Assembly: GCA_963692945.1 (NCBI GenBank)
Contig: OY843585.1
Span: 1,200,001 to 1,232,000 of the forward strand
Direction of reading: 5' to 3'
From: Bdellovibrionales bacterium
GTDB lineage: Bacteria > Bdellovibrionota > Bdellovibrionia > Bdellovibrionales > UBA1609
DNA length: 32,000 nt
Shown here: positions 17,685 to 26,637 of the stretch, piece after piece
Position numbering within the stretch: the stretch's first letter is position 1
Layout of the letters: every line of letters starts with the position of its first letter
The notes under the pieces: model-generated
Told to the model about the DNA's origin: nothing
Seen by the model: only the letters and a program-made list of their open reading frames with translations
The model's database searches: none
Position numbers and translations under genes: made by a program

Positions 17685-18179
17685 CTACTTTTTTTCAGCT
17701 GGTTTTTCTTCAGATATTTTTTCCAGTTTTTTAAATTCTTTTGAAAATTGGCTCAATCCATTTAAAGTTGCTTTTACAACATTATGAGGATTACGACTAC
17801 CTATACGCTTTGATAAAATATCTTTAACACCAACACATTCTAAAACAGCTCTTACAGGACCACCCGCAATTAAACCTGTCCCTGCTGCTGCTGGTTTTAA
17901 CACAACCTTAGAAGCTCCAAAAACACCTTCAACTCTATAGGGGATTGTTCGGTTATCTAATAAATTAACAAAATTTAAAGATTTTTTAGCCACACGAGAA
18001 GCTTTGTTAATGGACTCAGGAACTTCTCCTGCTTTTCCAGTTCCTATACCTACTCTTCCCTTTCCGTCTCCAGATATCACTAAAGTAGAAAAAGAAAAAT
18101 GACGACCACCTTTCACCACTTTAGTCACACGGTTAATAGATACTACTCTTTCATTTAATTCTTGTATGTCTTCTGCCAT
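17685..18179 (-). CDS. rpsE: 30S ribosomal protein S5
   Basis: [37 protein letters not shown]. Synteny. Confidence 0.96.
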   Translation of the reverse strand: MAEDIQELNERVVSINRVTKVVKGGRHFSFSTLVISGDGKGRVGIGTGKAGEVPESINKASRVAKKSLNFVNLLDNRTIPYRVEGVFGASKVVLKPAAAGTGLIAGGPVRAVLECVGVKDILSKRIGSRNPHNVVKATLNGLSQFSKEFKKLEKISEEKPAEKK

Positions 18180-18195
18180 TTAAAACCTCTTTTGT

Positions 18196-18570
18196 TTAAA
18201 ATTCTAATCCTACTTGCCTAGCTCCATCTGCTAAAGCTTTCACTCGTCCATGATAGATAAATCCTCCACGATCAAAAACAACTTTTTTGATTTTTTTATC
18301 TAAAGCTTTCTTTCCAATCGTCTCTCCCACTTTACGAGCCAGTTCAATTTGACTCTTTACATTTCCTTTAATCTTTAAAGAAGAACAAGATTCTAAAGTT
18401 TTACCAGATACATCATCAATCAGTTGAGCATACAAATGTTTTTGGCTACGAAACACACTTAATCTTGGTCGCTCAGAACTCCCTGTAATTTTTTTACGAA
18501 TGCGAGCTTTATTTTTTAAATGCTTATGTTTTTTTTGAGGTTGTTTCTTTTTTAATTTAATTCTTATCAT
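18196..18570 (-). CDS. rplR: 50S ribosomal protein L18
   Basis: [22 protein letters not shown]...[22 protein letters not shown]. Confidence 0.95.
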   Translation of the reverse strand: MIRIKLKKKQPQKKHKHLKNKARIRKKITGSSERPRLSVFRSQKHLYAQLIDDVSGKTLESCSSLKIKGNVKSQIELARKVGETIGKKALDKKIKKVVFDRGGFIYHGRVKALADGARQVGLEF

Positions 18571-19121
18571 GATTTCTTTTCTCCTCCTCCAGATTTACCA
18601 GCCTTACGACGAACAATTTCATCTGTATACTTAACACCTTTTCCAAGATAAGGCTCTACAGATCGGTAATTGCGAATTTGATAAGCTGTCCTTCCTACTA
18701 ACTCTTTATCTTTACCTTGAATAAGAATTTTTGTCTGTTTTTCTACTTTAACCTCAATCCCTTCTGGAATTTTATACTGGATAGGATGAGAATAACCTAA
18801 ACTGAGTTCTAAGTTTTTCCCAGAGACAGAAGCTCTATAACCCACTCCATTTAATTCCAAACCCTTACTCCAACCTTTTGAAACACCAGTAACAGCATTT
18901 TGAATCAAAGCACGAGTTAAACCATGAAGAGATCGTGTTTTTTTATCTTCACTTTTTCTTACGACAAGCACTGTCCCATCTTCTTGTTTCAATTCTAAGT
19001 TTTTATCTAAAGGAACTTTTAAAACGGTTCCTCCCCCTTTGACCAGAACCTGACCTTCAGAAGAAAGAGAAACTTCTACACCTTTTTCTAAATTAATAAC
19101 TTGCATTCCTATTCTTGACAT
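18567..19121 (-). CDS. rplF: 50S ribosomal protein L6
   Basis: MSRIG...I....GV.V...G..L.VKG..G...HGL.RAL..N.V.GVS.G....LEL.GVGYRA....EPYKGKG-like YLGKGVKY. Confidence 0.95.
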   Translation of the reverse strand: MSRIGMQVINLEKGVEVSLSSEGQVLVKGGGTVLKVPLDKNLELKQEDGTVLVVRKSEDKKTRSLHGLTRALIQNAVTGVSKGWSKGLELNGVGYRASVSGKNLELSLGYSHPIQYKIPEGIEVKVEKQTKILIQGKDKELVGRTAYQIRNYRSVEPYLGKGVKYTDEIVRRKAGKSGGGEKKS

Positions 19122-19132
19122 TTTTTAACCTT

Positions 19133-19522
19133 TTACCAAATTTGGCATAAAATTTCTCCACCAACTCGTTTTTTTCTAGCTTCTCTTCCACTTAAAATAC
19201 CCTGATTTGTACTTAAAATGGTCAACCCATAACCTGATCGTACTTCTTTAATCTCATTAGATTTCACATAACGACGACAGGAAGGCTTACTCACTCTTTG
19301 TATCATGTTAATTACAGACTCTTGACCTTCACTGTATTTTAAATAAATACGCATTAGACCTTGCTTTCCATCATTAACCACTCTGTAACCTCTAATGTAG
19401 CCGTACTCTTGTAATTTACCTGCTATTCTTTTTCTCATGTTAGAACTAGGAACATCTAATTTTTCTTTTTTAGCAGAAACAGCGTTCCTAATACAAGTAC
19501 AAAAATCACCAATAGTATCCAT
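19133..19522 (-). CDS. rpsH: 30S ribosomal protein S8
   Basis: D.IGD..T.IRNA......V..PSS......A..L..EGYI......GLTILST..G......AR...VGGE.LC..W. Confidence 0.95.
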   Translation of the reverse strand: MDTIGDFCTCIRNAVSAKKEKLDVPSSNMRKRIAGKLQEYGYIRGYRVVNDGKQGLMRIYLKYSEGQESVINMIQRVSKPSCRRYVKSNEIKEVRSGYGLTILSTNQGILSGREARKKRVGGEILCQIW

Positions 19523-19533
19523 AGAACTACTCC

Positions 19534-20073
19534 TTATTTCCTAAAAGGAAACCCTAAATAAGTTAACAAATCTTTTGCTTTTTGATCTGTTTTTGCAGAG
19601 GTGTTTATGGTTATATTCATACCTCTTATAGATTCAATTTTATCATAGTTAATTTCAGGAAAAATAATATGCTCTTTTAAACCCATACTATAATTTCCAT
19701 GACCATCAAAACCTTTTGGAGACAACCCCTTAAAATCACGAACCCTTGGCAAAGCAAAATGAACAAGTCTATCAAAAAAAGACCACATCTTTTCTCTTCT
19801 CAAAGTCACACGAACACCAAGAGGCATTCCCTCTCTTAATTTAAAATTAGCAATGGCTTTTTTTGCTTTTGTAATAACCGCTCTTTGTCCTGCTATAGCA
19901 CTCACATCTTCTTGGACAGATTTTAATATTTTTGGATTCTTAACAGCCTCACTGACACATATATTGAGAACGATTTTAGTTATTTTAGGAATTTGCATAG
20001 AGTTTTTATAATCTTTTGCTTTTTGAAACTGAGAACGAACTTGAGTATTGTATAATGTTTTTAAAGCAGACAT
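19534..20073 (-). CDS. rplE: 50S ribosomal protein L5 (start trimmed to Met11 of the track ORF)
   Basis: [12 protein letters not shown]... aligns with E. coli L5, for example [32 protein letters not shown]...[37 protein letters not shown] lies 9 nt upstream of the 20073 ATG. Confidence 0.93.
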   Translation of the reverse strand: MSALKTLYNTQVRSQFQKAKDYKNSMQIPKITKIVLNICVSEAVKNPKILKSVQEDVSAIAGQRAVITKAKKAIANFKLREGMPLGVRVTLRREKMWSFFDRLVHFALPRVRDFKGLSPKGFDGHGNYSMGLKEHIIFPEINYDKIESIRGMNITINTSAKTDQKAKDLLTYLGFPFRK

Positions 20074-20074
20074 T

Positions 20075-20443
20075 TTAGAGAACCTCCGGAGCCATGGAAA
20101 CAATTTTTATAAAACTCTTTCCTCTCAACTCTCTTGCTACAGGTCCAAAAATACGAGTTCCTACCGGCTCTTTATTATTATTGACCAAAACGGCTGAGTT
20201 TTCATCAAAACGGATGGCTGTTCCATCAGCTCTTCTAATTTGATGAGATGTTCTTACTATAACAGCACGAGCCTTATCCCCTTTTTTAACCTTAGAATTA
20301 GGTAAAGCATTTTTTACAGCAACGACAATGATATCACCTACAGAAGCTGTTCGGCGACGAGTTCCACCAAGAACTTTAATACATTGAACAACTCTGGCAC
20401 CAGAATTGTCAGCAATTTTTAATTTAGATTGCACTTGTATCAT
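20075..20443 (-). CDS. rplN: 50S ribosomal protein L14 (start trimmed to Met18 of the track ORF)
   Basis: [39 protein letters not shown] (122 aa). The ATG overlaps the rpsQ TGA (ATGA). Confidence 0.95.
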   Translation of the reverse strand: MIQVQSKLKIADNSGARVVQCIKVLGGTRRRTASVGDIIVVAVKNALPNSKVKKGDKARAVIVRTSHQIRRADGTAIRFDENSAVLVNNNKEPVGTRIFGPVARELRGKSFIKIVSMAPEVL

Positions 20444-20727
20444 ACGGAATCCTCTTTCACTAAACTTTCTTCTAAAACTTTTGCCAACTTCCATCTTTTT
20501 GTTTTACTTAAAGGACGAGTTTCAAAAATACTTACTAAATTTCCTTCTTTAGCTTCATTTTTTTCATCATGAACCTTAAATATAGAAGATTTTTTGATGT
20601 ATTTTTTGTACTTAATATGAGGAACAGAATTATAAACTAATACTGATATTGTTTTATTCATTTTATCAGAAATAACTTTTCCAATCAGAGTGTTTTTACG
20701 ACCTCTTGTTTTATTTACTGTCATCAT
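20440..20727 (-). CDS. rpsQ: 30S ribosomal protein S17
   Basis: [16 protein letters not shown].......KY.KY.K.S.....HDE.N....[14 protein letters not shown]. Confidence 0.93.
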   Translation of the reverse strand: MMTVNKTRGRKNTLIGKVISDKMNKTISVLVYNSVPHIKYKKYIKKSSIFKVHDEKNEAKEGNLVSIFETRPLSKTKRWKLAKVLEESLVKEDSV

Positions 20728-20920
20728 TCACTCCTCTTCTTTGTTTGAATATTGCAGTTTGAACACGCGCTATATCTTTTCTTAAAGATCTAATGATTAA
20801 GGCATTAGGCAATCTTTGCATTTTTAATTTCATACGAGAATCAAAAAGACTAACTCGTAATTGATTTAATTTTTTTATCAATTCATTCTCTTTTAAATTT
20901 TTTATTTCTGAAAATTTCAT
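20711..20920 (-). CDS. rpmC: 50S ribosomal protein L29
   Basis: 69 aa, ...ELIKKLNQLRVSLFDSRMKL....L.N....R.LRKDIARV.T. It lies between rplP and rpsQ. Confidence 0.9.
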   Translation of the reverse strand: MKFSEIKNLKENELIKKLNQLRVSLFDSRMKLKMQRLPNALIIRSLRKDIARVQTAIFKQRRGVNDDSK

Positions 20921-21330
20921 TACATCTCTCTTTTTATAAATTTACATTTGAATGGCAACTTGTAAGAAGCTAAACGAAAAGCCTCTTTAGCCTGTTCTTC
21001 TGTCACACCACCTATTTCAAATAAAATTCTTCCTGGTTTGATAGTGGCAGTCCATAACTCTATATCACCCTTACCAGACCCCATACGAGTTTCAAGAGGT
21101 TTTTTTGTAATAGGACGATCAGGAAAAACTCTTATCCATAATTTTCCACTTCTTTTTACATAACGAGAAATAGCAATACGACTCGATTCAATTTGACGAT
21201 CACTCATACGACCTGAATTGAGACTCATTAAAGCATAGTCACCAAAAGAAATGTCTGAACCTCTTTTAGTCAACCCTTTAAATTTAGAACGATGTTGACG
21301 ACGCCATTTTACATTTTTAGGACTTAACAA
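20920..21330 (-). CDS. rplP: 50S ribosomal protein L16
   Basis: MLSPKNVKWRRQHR....G...RG..ISFGDYAL......R...RQIE..R.AI.R..KR.GK.WIRVFPD.P.T.KP.E.RMG.GKG. Confidence 0.96.
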   Translation of the reverse strand: MLSPKNVKWRRQHRSKFKGLTKRGSDISFGDYALMSLNSGRMSDRQIESSRIAISRYVKRSGKLWIRVFPDRPITKKPLETRMGSGKGDIELWTATIKPGRILFEIGGVTEEQAKEAFRLASYKLPFKCKFIKREM

Positions 21331-21988
21331 TGTCAGCCTCCTTCTTCTTTACTTCCTTAGCCTTATAAATGTCACCATGATAAATCCAAACTTTTATTCC
21401 TGTCGTTCCATAAGTTGTAAAAGCTGTGGCTTCACCGTAATCAATATTTGCTCTTAAAGTGTGGAGAGGTATTTGCTTTTCATTATACCATTCTGATCTA
21501 GCAATTTCTGCTCCATCCAATCGGCCAGAAACTCGTATTTTAATCCCACGAACACCTCGGCGAATTGCTGAAGCAATAGCTTTTTTAAGAGCTCGTCTCC
21601 AAGAAACTCTTTTTTCTAATTGAAGGGCAATGTTTTCTGCAACCAATTGTGCTTCAACATCTGGTTTTCGTATCTCTTGAATTTTAAGTATAACTTTATT
21701 CTTGGTTTGCGTTTGAATATCCTTAGTGATGGAATCTATCCCAACACCTTTTTTACCAATAACAACACCAGGTCTAGAAGTAAAAATAATCAACTTTACA
21801 TGATCTACTGTTCTTTCTATTTCAACTTTAGATACACCAGCACCTTTTAATTTGTTTTTCACATATTTTCTTAAACAATAATCTTCTCTTATATTTTCTG
21901 CAAAATTTCTGTTCTTTGCAATCCAACGAGATCGCCAATTAAAAATAATTCCTGTTCTTAAACCTATTGGATTAATTTTTTGTCCCAC
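21317..21988 (-). CDS. rpsC: 30S ribosomal protein S3
   Basis: MGQKINPIGLR.GI...W.S.W.A.......L.ED...R.Y......AGVS.VEIER.. with KH and C-terminal domains. Confidence 0.96.
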   Translation of the reverse strand: MGQKINPIGLRTGIIFNWRSRWIAKNRNFAENIREDYCLRKYVKNKLKGAGVSKVEIERTVDHVKLIIFTSRPGVVIGKKGVGIDSITKDIQTQTKNKVILKIQEIRKPDVEAQLVAENIALQLEKRVSWRRALKKAIASAIRRGVRGIKIRVSGRLDGAEIARSEWYNEKQIPLHTLRANIDYGEATAFTTYGTTGIKVWIYHGDIYKAKEVKKKEADIVKS

Positions 21989-21993
21989 AACTC

Positions 21994-22326
21994 TTACCTC
22001 TCACTCAAAACTAAATGAATATGACTCTGCTTCCTCTTATAAGGAGCAGAAGAACCCCTTGCTCTTGGCCGATGTCTCTTTAAAAAAGGACCACGATTAA
22101 CACAAATAGACTTAATATAAAGAGTATTAGTGTCTATTACTTTTTTTTGTTCTGCATTTGCCACAGCTGATTCCAAAAGTTTTTTTATAACATCACTCGC
22201 TTTTCTATTAGTATAAGTTAAAACATTAAAAGCATCGTTCACATTACGACCTCTTACAAGATCAGCAACTTCACAAGTTTTTAAAACTCCTAATCTAGCA
22301 TATTTTAAACTTGCTTTAACTTCCAT
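21994..22326 (-). CDS. rplV: 50S ribosomal protein L22
   Basis: 110 aa, ...R.....K...VADLVRG..V..A...L.......A..I.K.L.SA.ANAE........L.I....V..GP..KR..PRA.G. Confidence 0.94.
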   Translation of the reverse strand: MEVKASLKYARLGVLKTCEVADLVRGRNVNDAFNVLTYTNRKASDVIKKLLESAVANAEQKKVIDTNTLYIKSICVNRGPFLKRHRPRARGSSAPYKRKQSHIHLVLSER

Positions 22327-22335
22327 CTTTAAACC

Positions 22336-22620
22336 TTATGGTTTTTTAACCGTTGTTTTTTTATCACCTGAATGACTATTAAATTTTCTTGTTACAGAAA
22401 ATTCTCCAAGTTTATGACCTATCATATTTTCTGAAATAAAAACAGGATCAAACTTTTTCCCATTATGAACAGCAAAAGTTAATCCCACAGCATCGGGAGT
22501 TATTATAGAACGACGAGACCAAGTCTTAATAACTTTTTTATCTCCTGATTTTTTAGTCTTTTCGATTTTCTCAATCAAATGATAATCTACGAAAGGACCT
22601 TTTTTAATTGATCGTGGCAT
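22336..22620 (-). CDS. rpsS: 30S ribosomal protein S19
   Basis: [15 protein letters not shown]........[38 protein letters not shown]. Confidence 0.96.
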   Translation of the reverse strand: MPRSIKKGPFVDYHLIEKIEKTKKSGDKKVIKTWSRRSIITPDAVGLTFAVHNGKKFDPVFISENMIGHKLGEFSVTRKFNSHSGDKKTTVKKP

Positions 22621-22631
22621 AATTTACTTCC

Positions 22632-23465
22632 TTATCTTTTTCTCTTTTTACGACGAGTAACAATCATTTTATTTGTTCTTTTATTATTTCTCGTCTTCAA
22701 ACCTTTACAATACTTTCCCCAAGGAGTCATCGGATGATTACCTTTACTAACACCTTCTCCTCCTCCTAAAGGATGATCTATAGGATTCATAGCCATACCT
22801 CTAACACTAGGACGTTTCCCTTTCCAACGACTTCGTCCTGCTTTTCCCCATTTAATATTTTCATGCTCTGCATTACCAATTTGTCCTATACAAGCACGAC
22901 AAGAAGATAAAACCTTTCGTATTTCCCCTGAAGGCATTTTTATTTGACAGTAATTATCAAGATGAGCAGCAACAGTGGCTTGCACACCAGCACTTCTAAC
23001 CATTTGCCCTCCCTTACCTGGTCTTAATTCAATATTGTGAATAGAAGTCCCTAAAGGAATCAAAGAAAGAGGCAAACAGTTTCCTGGTTTTATATCTACT
23101 TTTTCATAACTGGATATAATCTGACTCCCTACTTCTAAATCTACAGGAGCTAAGATATAAGATTTACGGCCATCCATATAATGAAGTAAAGCAATTCTAC
23201 AAGTTCGGTTAGGGTCATACTCTATAGAAAAAACTTTAGCAGGAATATCTACTTTATCTCTTTTAAAATCAACAAGTCGGTAGGATTTTTTATGACCTCC
23301 ACCATGATGGCGAACTGTAATTCGTCCATAGTTATTTCTAGCTGATTTCTTTTTTAAACCAAATATAAGAGATTTTTCTGGTTTGGATTTTGTGATATTC
23401 GCAAAATCTGAAACCGAACGATTTCTTGTAGAAGAGTTTCTTGGTCTATAGTTTCTAACACCCAT
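22632..23465 (-). CDS. rplB: 50S ribosomal protein L2
   Basis: GRIT.RH.GGGHK..YR.VDFKR.K..IPA.V..IEYDPNR...IALL.Y.DG...YILAP......MNP.DHP.GGGEG....G.HP..PWG. Confidence 0.97.
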   Translation of the reverse strand: MGVRNYRPRNSSTRNRSVSDFANITKSKPEKSLIFGLKKKSARNNYGRITVRHHGGGHKKSYRLVDFKRDKVDIPAKVFSIEYDPNRTCRIALLHYMDGRKSYILAPVDLEVGSQIISSYEKVDIKPGNCLPLSLIPLGTSIHNIELRPGKGGQMVRSAGVQATVAAHLDNYCQIKMPSGEIRKVLSSCRACIGQIGNAEHENIKWGKAGRSRWKGKRPSVRGMAMNPIDHPLGGGEGVSKGNHPMTPWGKYCKGLKTRNNKRTNKMIVTRRKKRKR

Positions 23466-23743
23466 TAATTCCCCTCAAAAACACCAATTTGTTCACCTTT
23501 TTTTAAGCGAACAAAAGCTTTTTTCCAATATTTCACTTTTCCTACTCCAGCACGCGTTCTACGAGCACGATTTCTACCTATTAAAGTTTTAACACTTGCT
23601 ACTTTCACATTAAAATATCTCTCTATATGATCCTTAATAGATGTTTTGCTAGATTGACGACTCACTTCAAAAACATAAATATTTTTTTCCGCCAACAAAT
23701 TATTCTTTTCTGTAACTATAGGTCGTTTGATTACATAAGACAT
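23465..23743 (-). CDS. rplW: 50S ribosomal protein L23
   Basis: 92 aa, ..I.RPIVTEK.......N.YVFEV....SKT.IKD.IE..F.VKV.SV.T. It lies between rplD and rplB. Confidence 0.93.
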   Translation of the reverse strand: MSYVIKRPIVTEKNNLLAEKNIYVFEVSRQSSKTSIKDHIERYFNVKVASVKTLIGRNRARRTRAGVGKVKYWKKAFVRLKKGEQIGVFEGN

Positions 23744-24369
23744 TAGGACACTCCATATTTTTTATGAATTAAATTTAAAGTAGAAGGAGTTAAAATCACT
23801 AGATCAAATTTTAAAAGATCATAAACATTTAATCCATCCGTTTGAACACATTTAAAATTTTTAAGATTTCTACAAGCTCTTTTAAAGTTATCGTCTTGCT
23901 TTTCATCCACTAAAAGAGCTTTTTCCCAACCCCTTTTTTGTAAACTCGCCTTGAGTTCTTTTGTTTTCCCTTTTTCAGATTTTAAATCTTCTATCACAAC
24001 TAATTTTTTTTCAGAAAAAAGATAAGAAAGAGCTGTTTTTAAAGCTCTTTGACGATTTTTTTTTGGCAAAGCCCAATCATAAGAACGAGGTTTAGGCCCA
24101 TGGGCAACTCCCCCTCCTTCTAACAAAGGAGAACGAATAGATCCTTGACGAGCATTACCTGTTCCTTTTTGACGAAAAGGTTTTTTTCCACCTCCTCGCA
24201 CCTCACTACGAGTTTTAACTTTATGAGTTCCACTTCTTTTACGAGCCAACTGCCAATTTACAACTTCATGTAAAAGATGTTTATTCAACTTTTCTCCAAA
24301 AACATCTTTTGAAAGATTCGCTTGAGAAACAGTTTTTCCTTCCCAATTTAAAACATCAATTTTAAACAT
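23743..24369 (-). CDS. rplD: 50S ribosomal protein L4
   Basis: ..LLHEVV.WQLA..R.GTH..KTRSEVRGGGKKP.RQKGTG.ARQGSIRSP....GGVAHGPKPR.Y. Confidence 0.95.
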   Translation of the reverse strand: MFKIDVLNWEGKTVSQANLSKDVFGEKLNKHLLHEVVNWQLARKRSGTHKVKTRSEVRGGGKKPFRQKGTGNARQGSIRSPLLEGGGVAHGPKPRSYDWALPKKNRQRALKTALSYLFSEKKLVVIEDLKSEKGKTKELKASLQKRGWEKALLVDEKQDDNFKRACRNLKNFKCVQTDGLNVYDLLKFDLVILTPSTLNLIHKKYGVS

Positions 24370-25256
24370 TATAACAACTCCATTTTTTGAAGAGCGACAA
24401 GAGTATTTCTTGCTCCTGGAACAGGTCCTTTTACAAAAATCATTCCTTCTTCAGATAAAACATCAACCACTTTTACAAAACGACTTTCTTTTTGAAACCC
24501 ACAATGACCTGGCATTTTACGACCTGCCATCACACGAGCTGGTTCTGTATGTTGACCAATAGAACCTATTCGTCTATGAGATTTAGAACCATGACTGGCA
24601 ACACCACCAGCAAAATTCCAACGTTTCATAACACCTGTAAAACCTAACCCTTTTGTCCGACTTGTTAGATTAACACGATCCCCTTTTTTTAAACTTTCAA
24701 TAGAAATCTCTTGACCAATTTTAACCCCTTCAGGAATCTCTTGACGAATCTCTCTTATATAACGAGCTCCTTCCTTAAAACCTGCTGGAGTTAAATGTTT
24801 AATAAGAGCCTTACTACATCTTTTGTTTTTTTGAGGATGACAAGCCACTTGAATTGCCGAGTAACCCTCTTTTTCTTTTGTTTTTATTTGAGACACTTTC
24901 CAAGGTTTATACTGAAGAGCTGTTACAGGAACACGACCTCCCTTTTCATCATAAAAAGCTGTCATTGATACTTTAAAAGCAAAAAGCCCGTCTAGTTTAA
25001 TAGAATTAGAGTCTTTTGCTTCTGCTTTAGATTCTGCGACTTTAGAGTCTTTTGCTTCTGCTTTAGATTCTTCGGCTTTAGAGTCTTTTGCTTCGGCTTT
25101 AGAGTCTGCGGCTTTAGAATCTTTTACTTCTACCTTAGATTCTTTGGCTTTAGAGTCTTTTGCTTCTACTTTAGATTCTTCGGCTTTAGAGTCTTTTGCT
25201 TCTACCTTAGATTCTTTATCTTTATTTTTAGATTTATCCTCTGGCATTTTTATCAT
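24369..25256 (-). CDS. rplC: 50S ribosomal protein L3 with a repeat-rich N-terminal extension of about 85 aa
   Basis: The core starts near ..[21 protein letters not shown]... and contains [31 protein letters not shown]. It is preceded by (E/D)SK(V/A)EAKDSKAE repeats. 295 aa against a typical 210 aa or so. Confidence 0.94.
   Translation of the reverse strand: MIKMPEDKSKNKDKESKVEAKDSKAEESKVEAKDSKAKESKVEVKDSKAADSKAEAKDSKAEESKAEAKDSKVAESKAEAKDSNSIKLDGLFAFKVSMTAFYDEKGGRVPVTALQYKPWKVSQIKTKEKEGYSAIQVACHPQKNKRCSKALIKHLTPAGFKEGARYIREIRQEIPEGVKIGQEISIESLKKGDRVNLTSRTKGLGFTGVMKRWNFAGGVASHGSKSHRRIGSIGQHTEPARVMAGRKMPGHCGFQKESRFVKVVDVLSEEGMIFVKGPVPGARNTLVALQKMELL
25008..25214 (-). repeat. 36-nt in-frame tandem repeat, about 5.7 copies ([12 protein letters not shown]) encoding the L3 N-terminal extension
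   Basis: The plus strand shows the recurring ..gagtcttttgcttct[g/a]c[t/c]ttagattc[t/tt]... unit. The protein reads [70 protein letters not shown]. Confidence 0.85.
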
Positions 25257-25618
25257 TTATCCTTCTTTAAGATTTTTTTCTCATCCGTTGTTTCTGTATT
25301 TGTTTCTGTAAAAATTGCAACATCCACTCCAGCTGGCAAGTCTAATTTCATAAGTTGATTGATTGTTTGAGGGGTTGGTTCAGAAATTTCTAATAGCCTT
25401 TTAAAACTTCTAATTTCAAATTGTTCTCTAGATTTTTTATTCACATGGGGAGAGCGTAAAACAGTGTAACGATTGATTTTTACAGGTAAGGGAATAGGAC
25501 CAGCAACAACAGCACCTGTTCTACGAGCTGTATCTACAATACCACGAGCCGATTGATCCAAAAGTCTATGATCAAAAGCCATTAGGCGAATCCTAATTTT
25601 TTGGTTTTCCATATTCAT
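25253..25618 (-). CDS. rpsJ: 30S ribosomal protein S10 (start trimmed to Met9 of the track ORF), with a C-terminal extension of about 18 aa
   Basis: [23 protein letters not shown]...[20 protein letters not shown].......T...[15 protein letters not shown] lies 9 nt upstream of the 25618 ATG. The stop overlaps the rplC ATG (ATGA). Confidence 0.94.
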   Translation of the reverse strand: MNMENQKIRIRLMAFDHRLLDQSARGIVDTARRTGAVVAGPIPLPVKINRYTVLRSPHVNKKSREQFEIRSFKRLLEISEPTPQTINQLMKLDLPAGVDVAIFTETNTETTDEKKILKKDK

Positions 25619-25705
25619 TTTTATTTTCTCCAAAAATATCAAAAATCTTACAGGTTACAGTATCCGATTGGAACGGACTAGAAACCTCTACAATTTGAGC
25701 CTGCG

Positions 25706-25734
25706 ATTATGCTCAAGAAAAATAAATCTGTCAA
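25706..25734 (-). promoter_or_regulatory. Near-consensus sigma70 promoter of the S10 operon (TTGACA - 17 nt - CATAAT)
   Basis: The minus strand reads TTGACAgatttatttttcttgagCATAAT (-35 at 25729-25734, -10 at 25706-25711). It lies about 90 nt upstream of the rpsJ ATG and directly downstream of the preceding gene's terminator. Confidence 0.6.
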
Positions 25735-25876
25735 AGACTAATTGAAAAAAGAAACGATTTTTAAAGCCCCCCTTACAAAGAGGCTATAGAAGCATCAAAA
25801 ACCAATGATTTCAAAGCTTTTTCAGGGGTTTCTTATAGATTTTTTAGACATTTTTGGAAACATTTTTTATCCATTT

Positions 25877-25908
25877 AAAAAAAGACCTAAGTTTTGGCTT
25901 AGGTCTTT
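25877..25908 (-). terminator. Rho-independent terminator of the 25943-26332 lipoprotein gene
   Basis: Minus-strand RNA: AAAGACCUAAG-CCAAAA-CUUAGGUCUUU followed by a U-run (7 A at 25877-25883 on the plus strand). It sits 35 nt after the stop codon. Confidence 0.7.
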
Positions 25909-25942
25909 CTCAATTCAATTGAAATTAAAAAAACTTAACAGA

Positions 25943-26332
25943 TCAATTACAAGTGTATCCTGAAGATACTCTAAGTCGGACAAGTTCTTGAAGCTTATTA
26001 TAACAATAACTAGATCTGTTGTCAGCCCACCAATCTGGATTTGTTCTAGTTGTTGATACATCTAGCACACACAAAACATTTCTTCTTAGACCTGGATGAT
26101 AAACTCTTCCTTGTTTTGCTGAATACATTACTGTATCTCTTCCTTTACGACAAACCGAAGTCAAATCATACTCAGTATCTGATAACTTAGATTCTTTTTT
26201 AGTGTAAGTCTTTGATAGCCGTTCTTGATTTGCTACGCGTTTTTCTAAATCTTTAGACTCATCACCCTCTTGACAATTTGTTAATAACAAACCTCCTGCT
26301 ATCATTACAATAGTTATTAAAATCTTTTTCAT
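25943..26332 (-). CDS. Hypothetical lipoprotein / secreted protein (129 aa, 5 further Cys after the lipobox Cys)
   Basis: MKKILITIVMIAGGLLLTNC is a lipobox-like signal. GAGGGG SD upstream. It has its own terminator. No recognisable family. Confidence 0.6.
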   Translation of the reverse strand: MKKILITIVMIAGGLLLTNCQEGDESKDLEKRVANQERLSKTYTKKESKLSDTEYDLTSVCRKGRDTVMYSAKQGRVYHPGLRRNVLCVLDVSTTRTNPDWWADNRSSYCYNKLQELVRLRVSSGYTCN

Positions 26333-26637
26333 AATATTAATCCCCTCTTTGTTGATTTACTTTTGAAATTAAAGTAAAAACTTATTCTATTGTCAATAAT
26401 TATCTATATATCTATAAAAAACCCCGTGTTTTAAGGATTTCAGAGAGTTAATTTGTTGCGCTTACAGATACATAATTAACAAGAATTAAATCGCAACTGA
26501 CATTGACAACACAAACAATAATTTTCTAGCTTCGTTTTCAACCCTTTTTGTTATTCTTGTTTTTAAATTCAATATAATTTTTACATCTTCATTATAATAA
26601 TCTAGTCCAATAAAGCATCTCATGTTATTTTTCATAC

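Noticed and set aside
19534-25642. N-terminal extensions suggested by the longest-ORF calls for L5 ([10 protein letters not shown]), L14 ([17 protein letters not shown]) and S10 (MIFLEKIK)
   Set aside because: In each case a downstream Met aligns with the conserved family N-terminus and has a GGAG-type SD at proper spacing. The upstream parts overlap the preceding gene.
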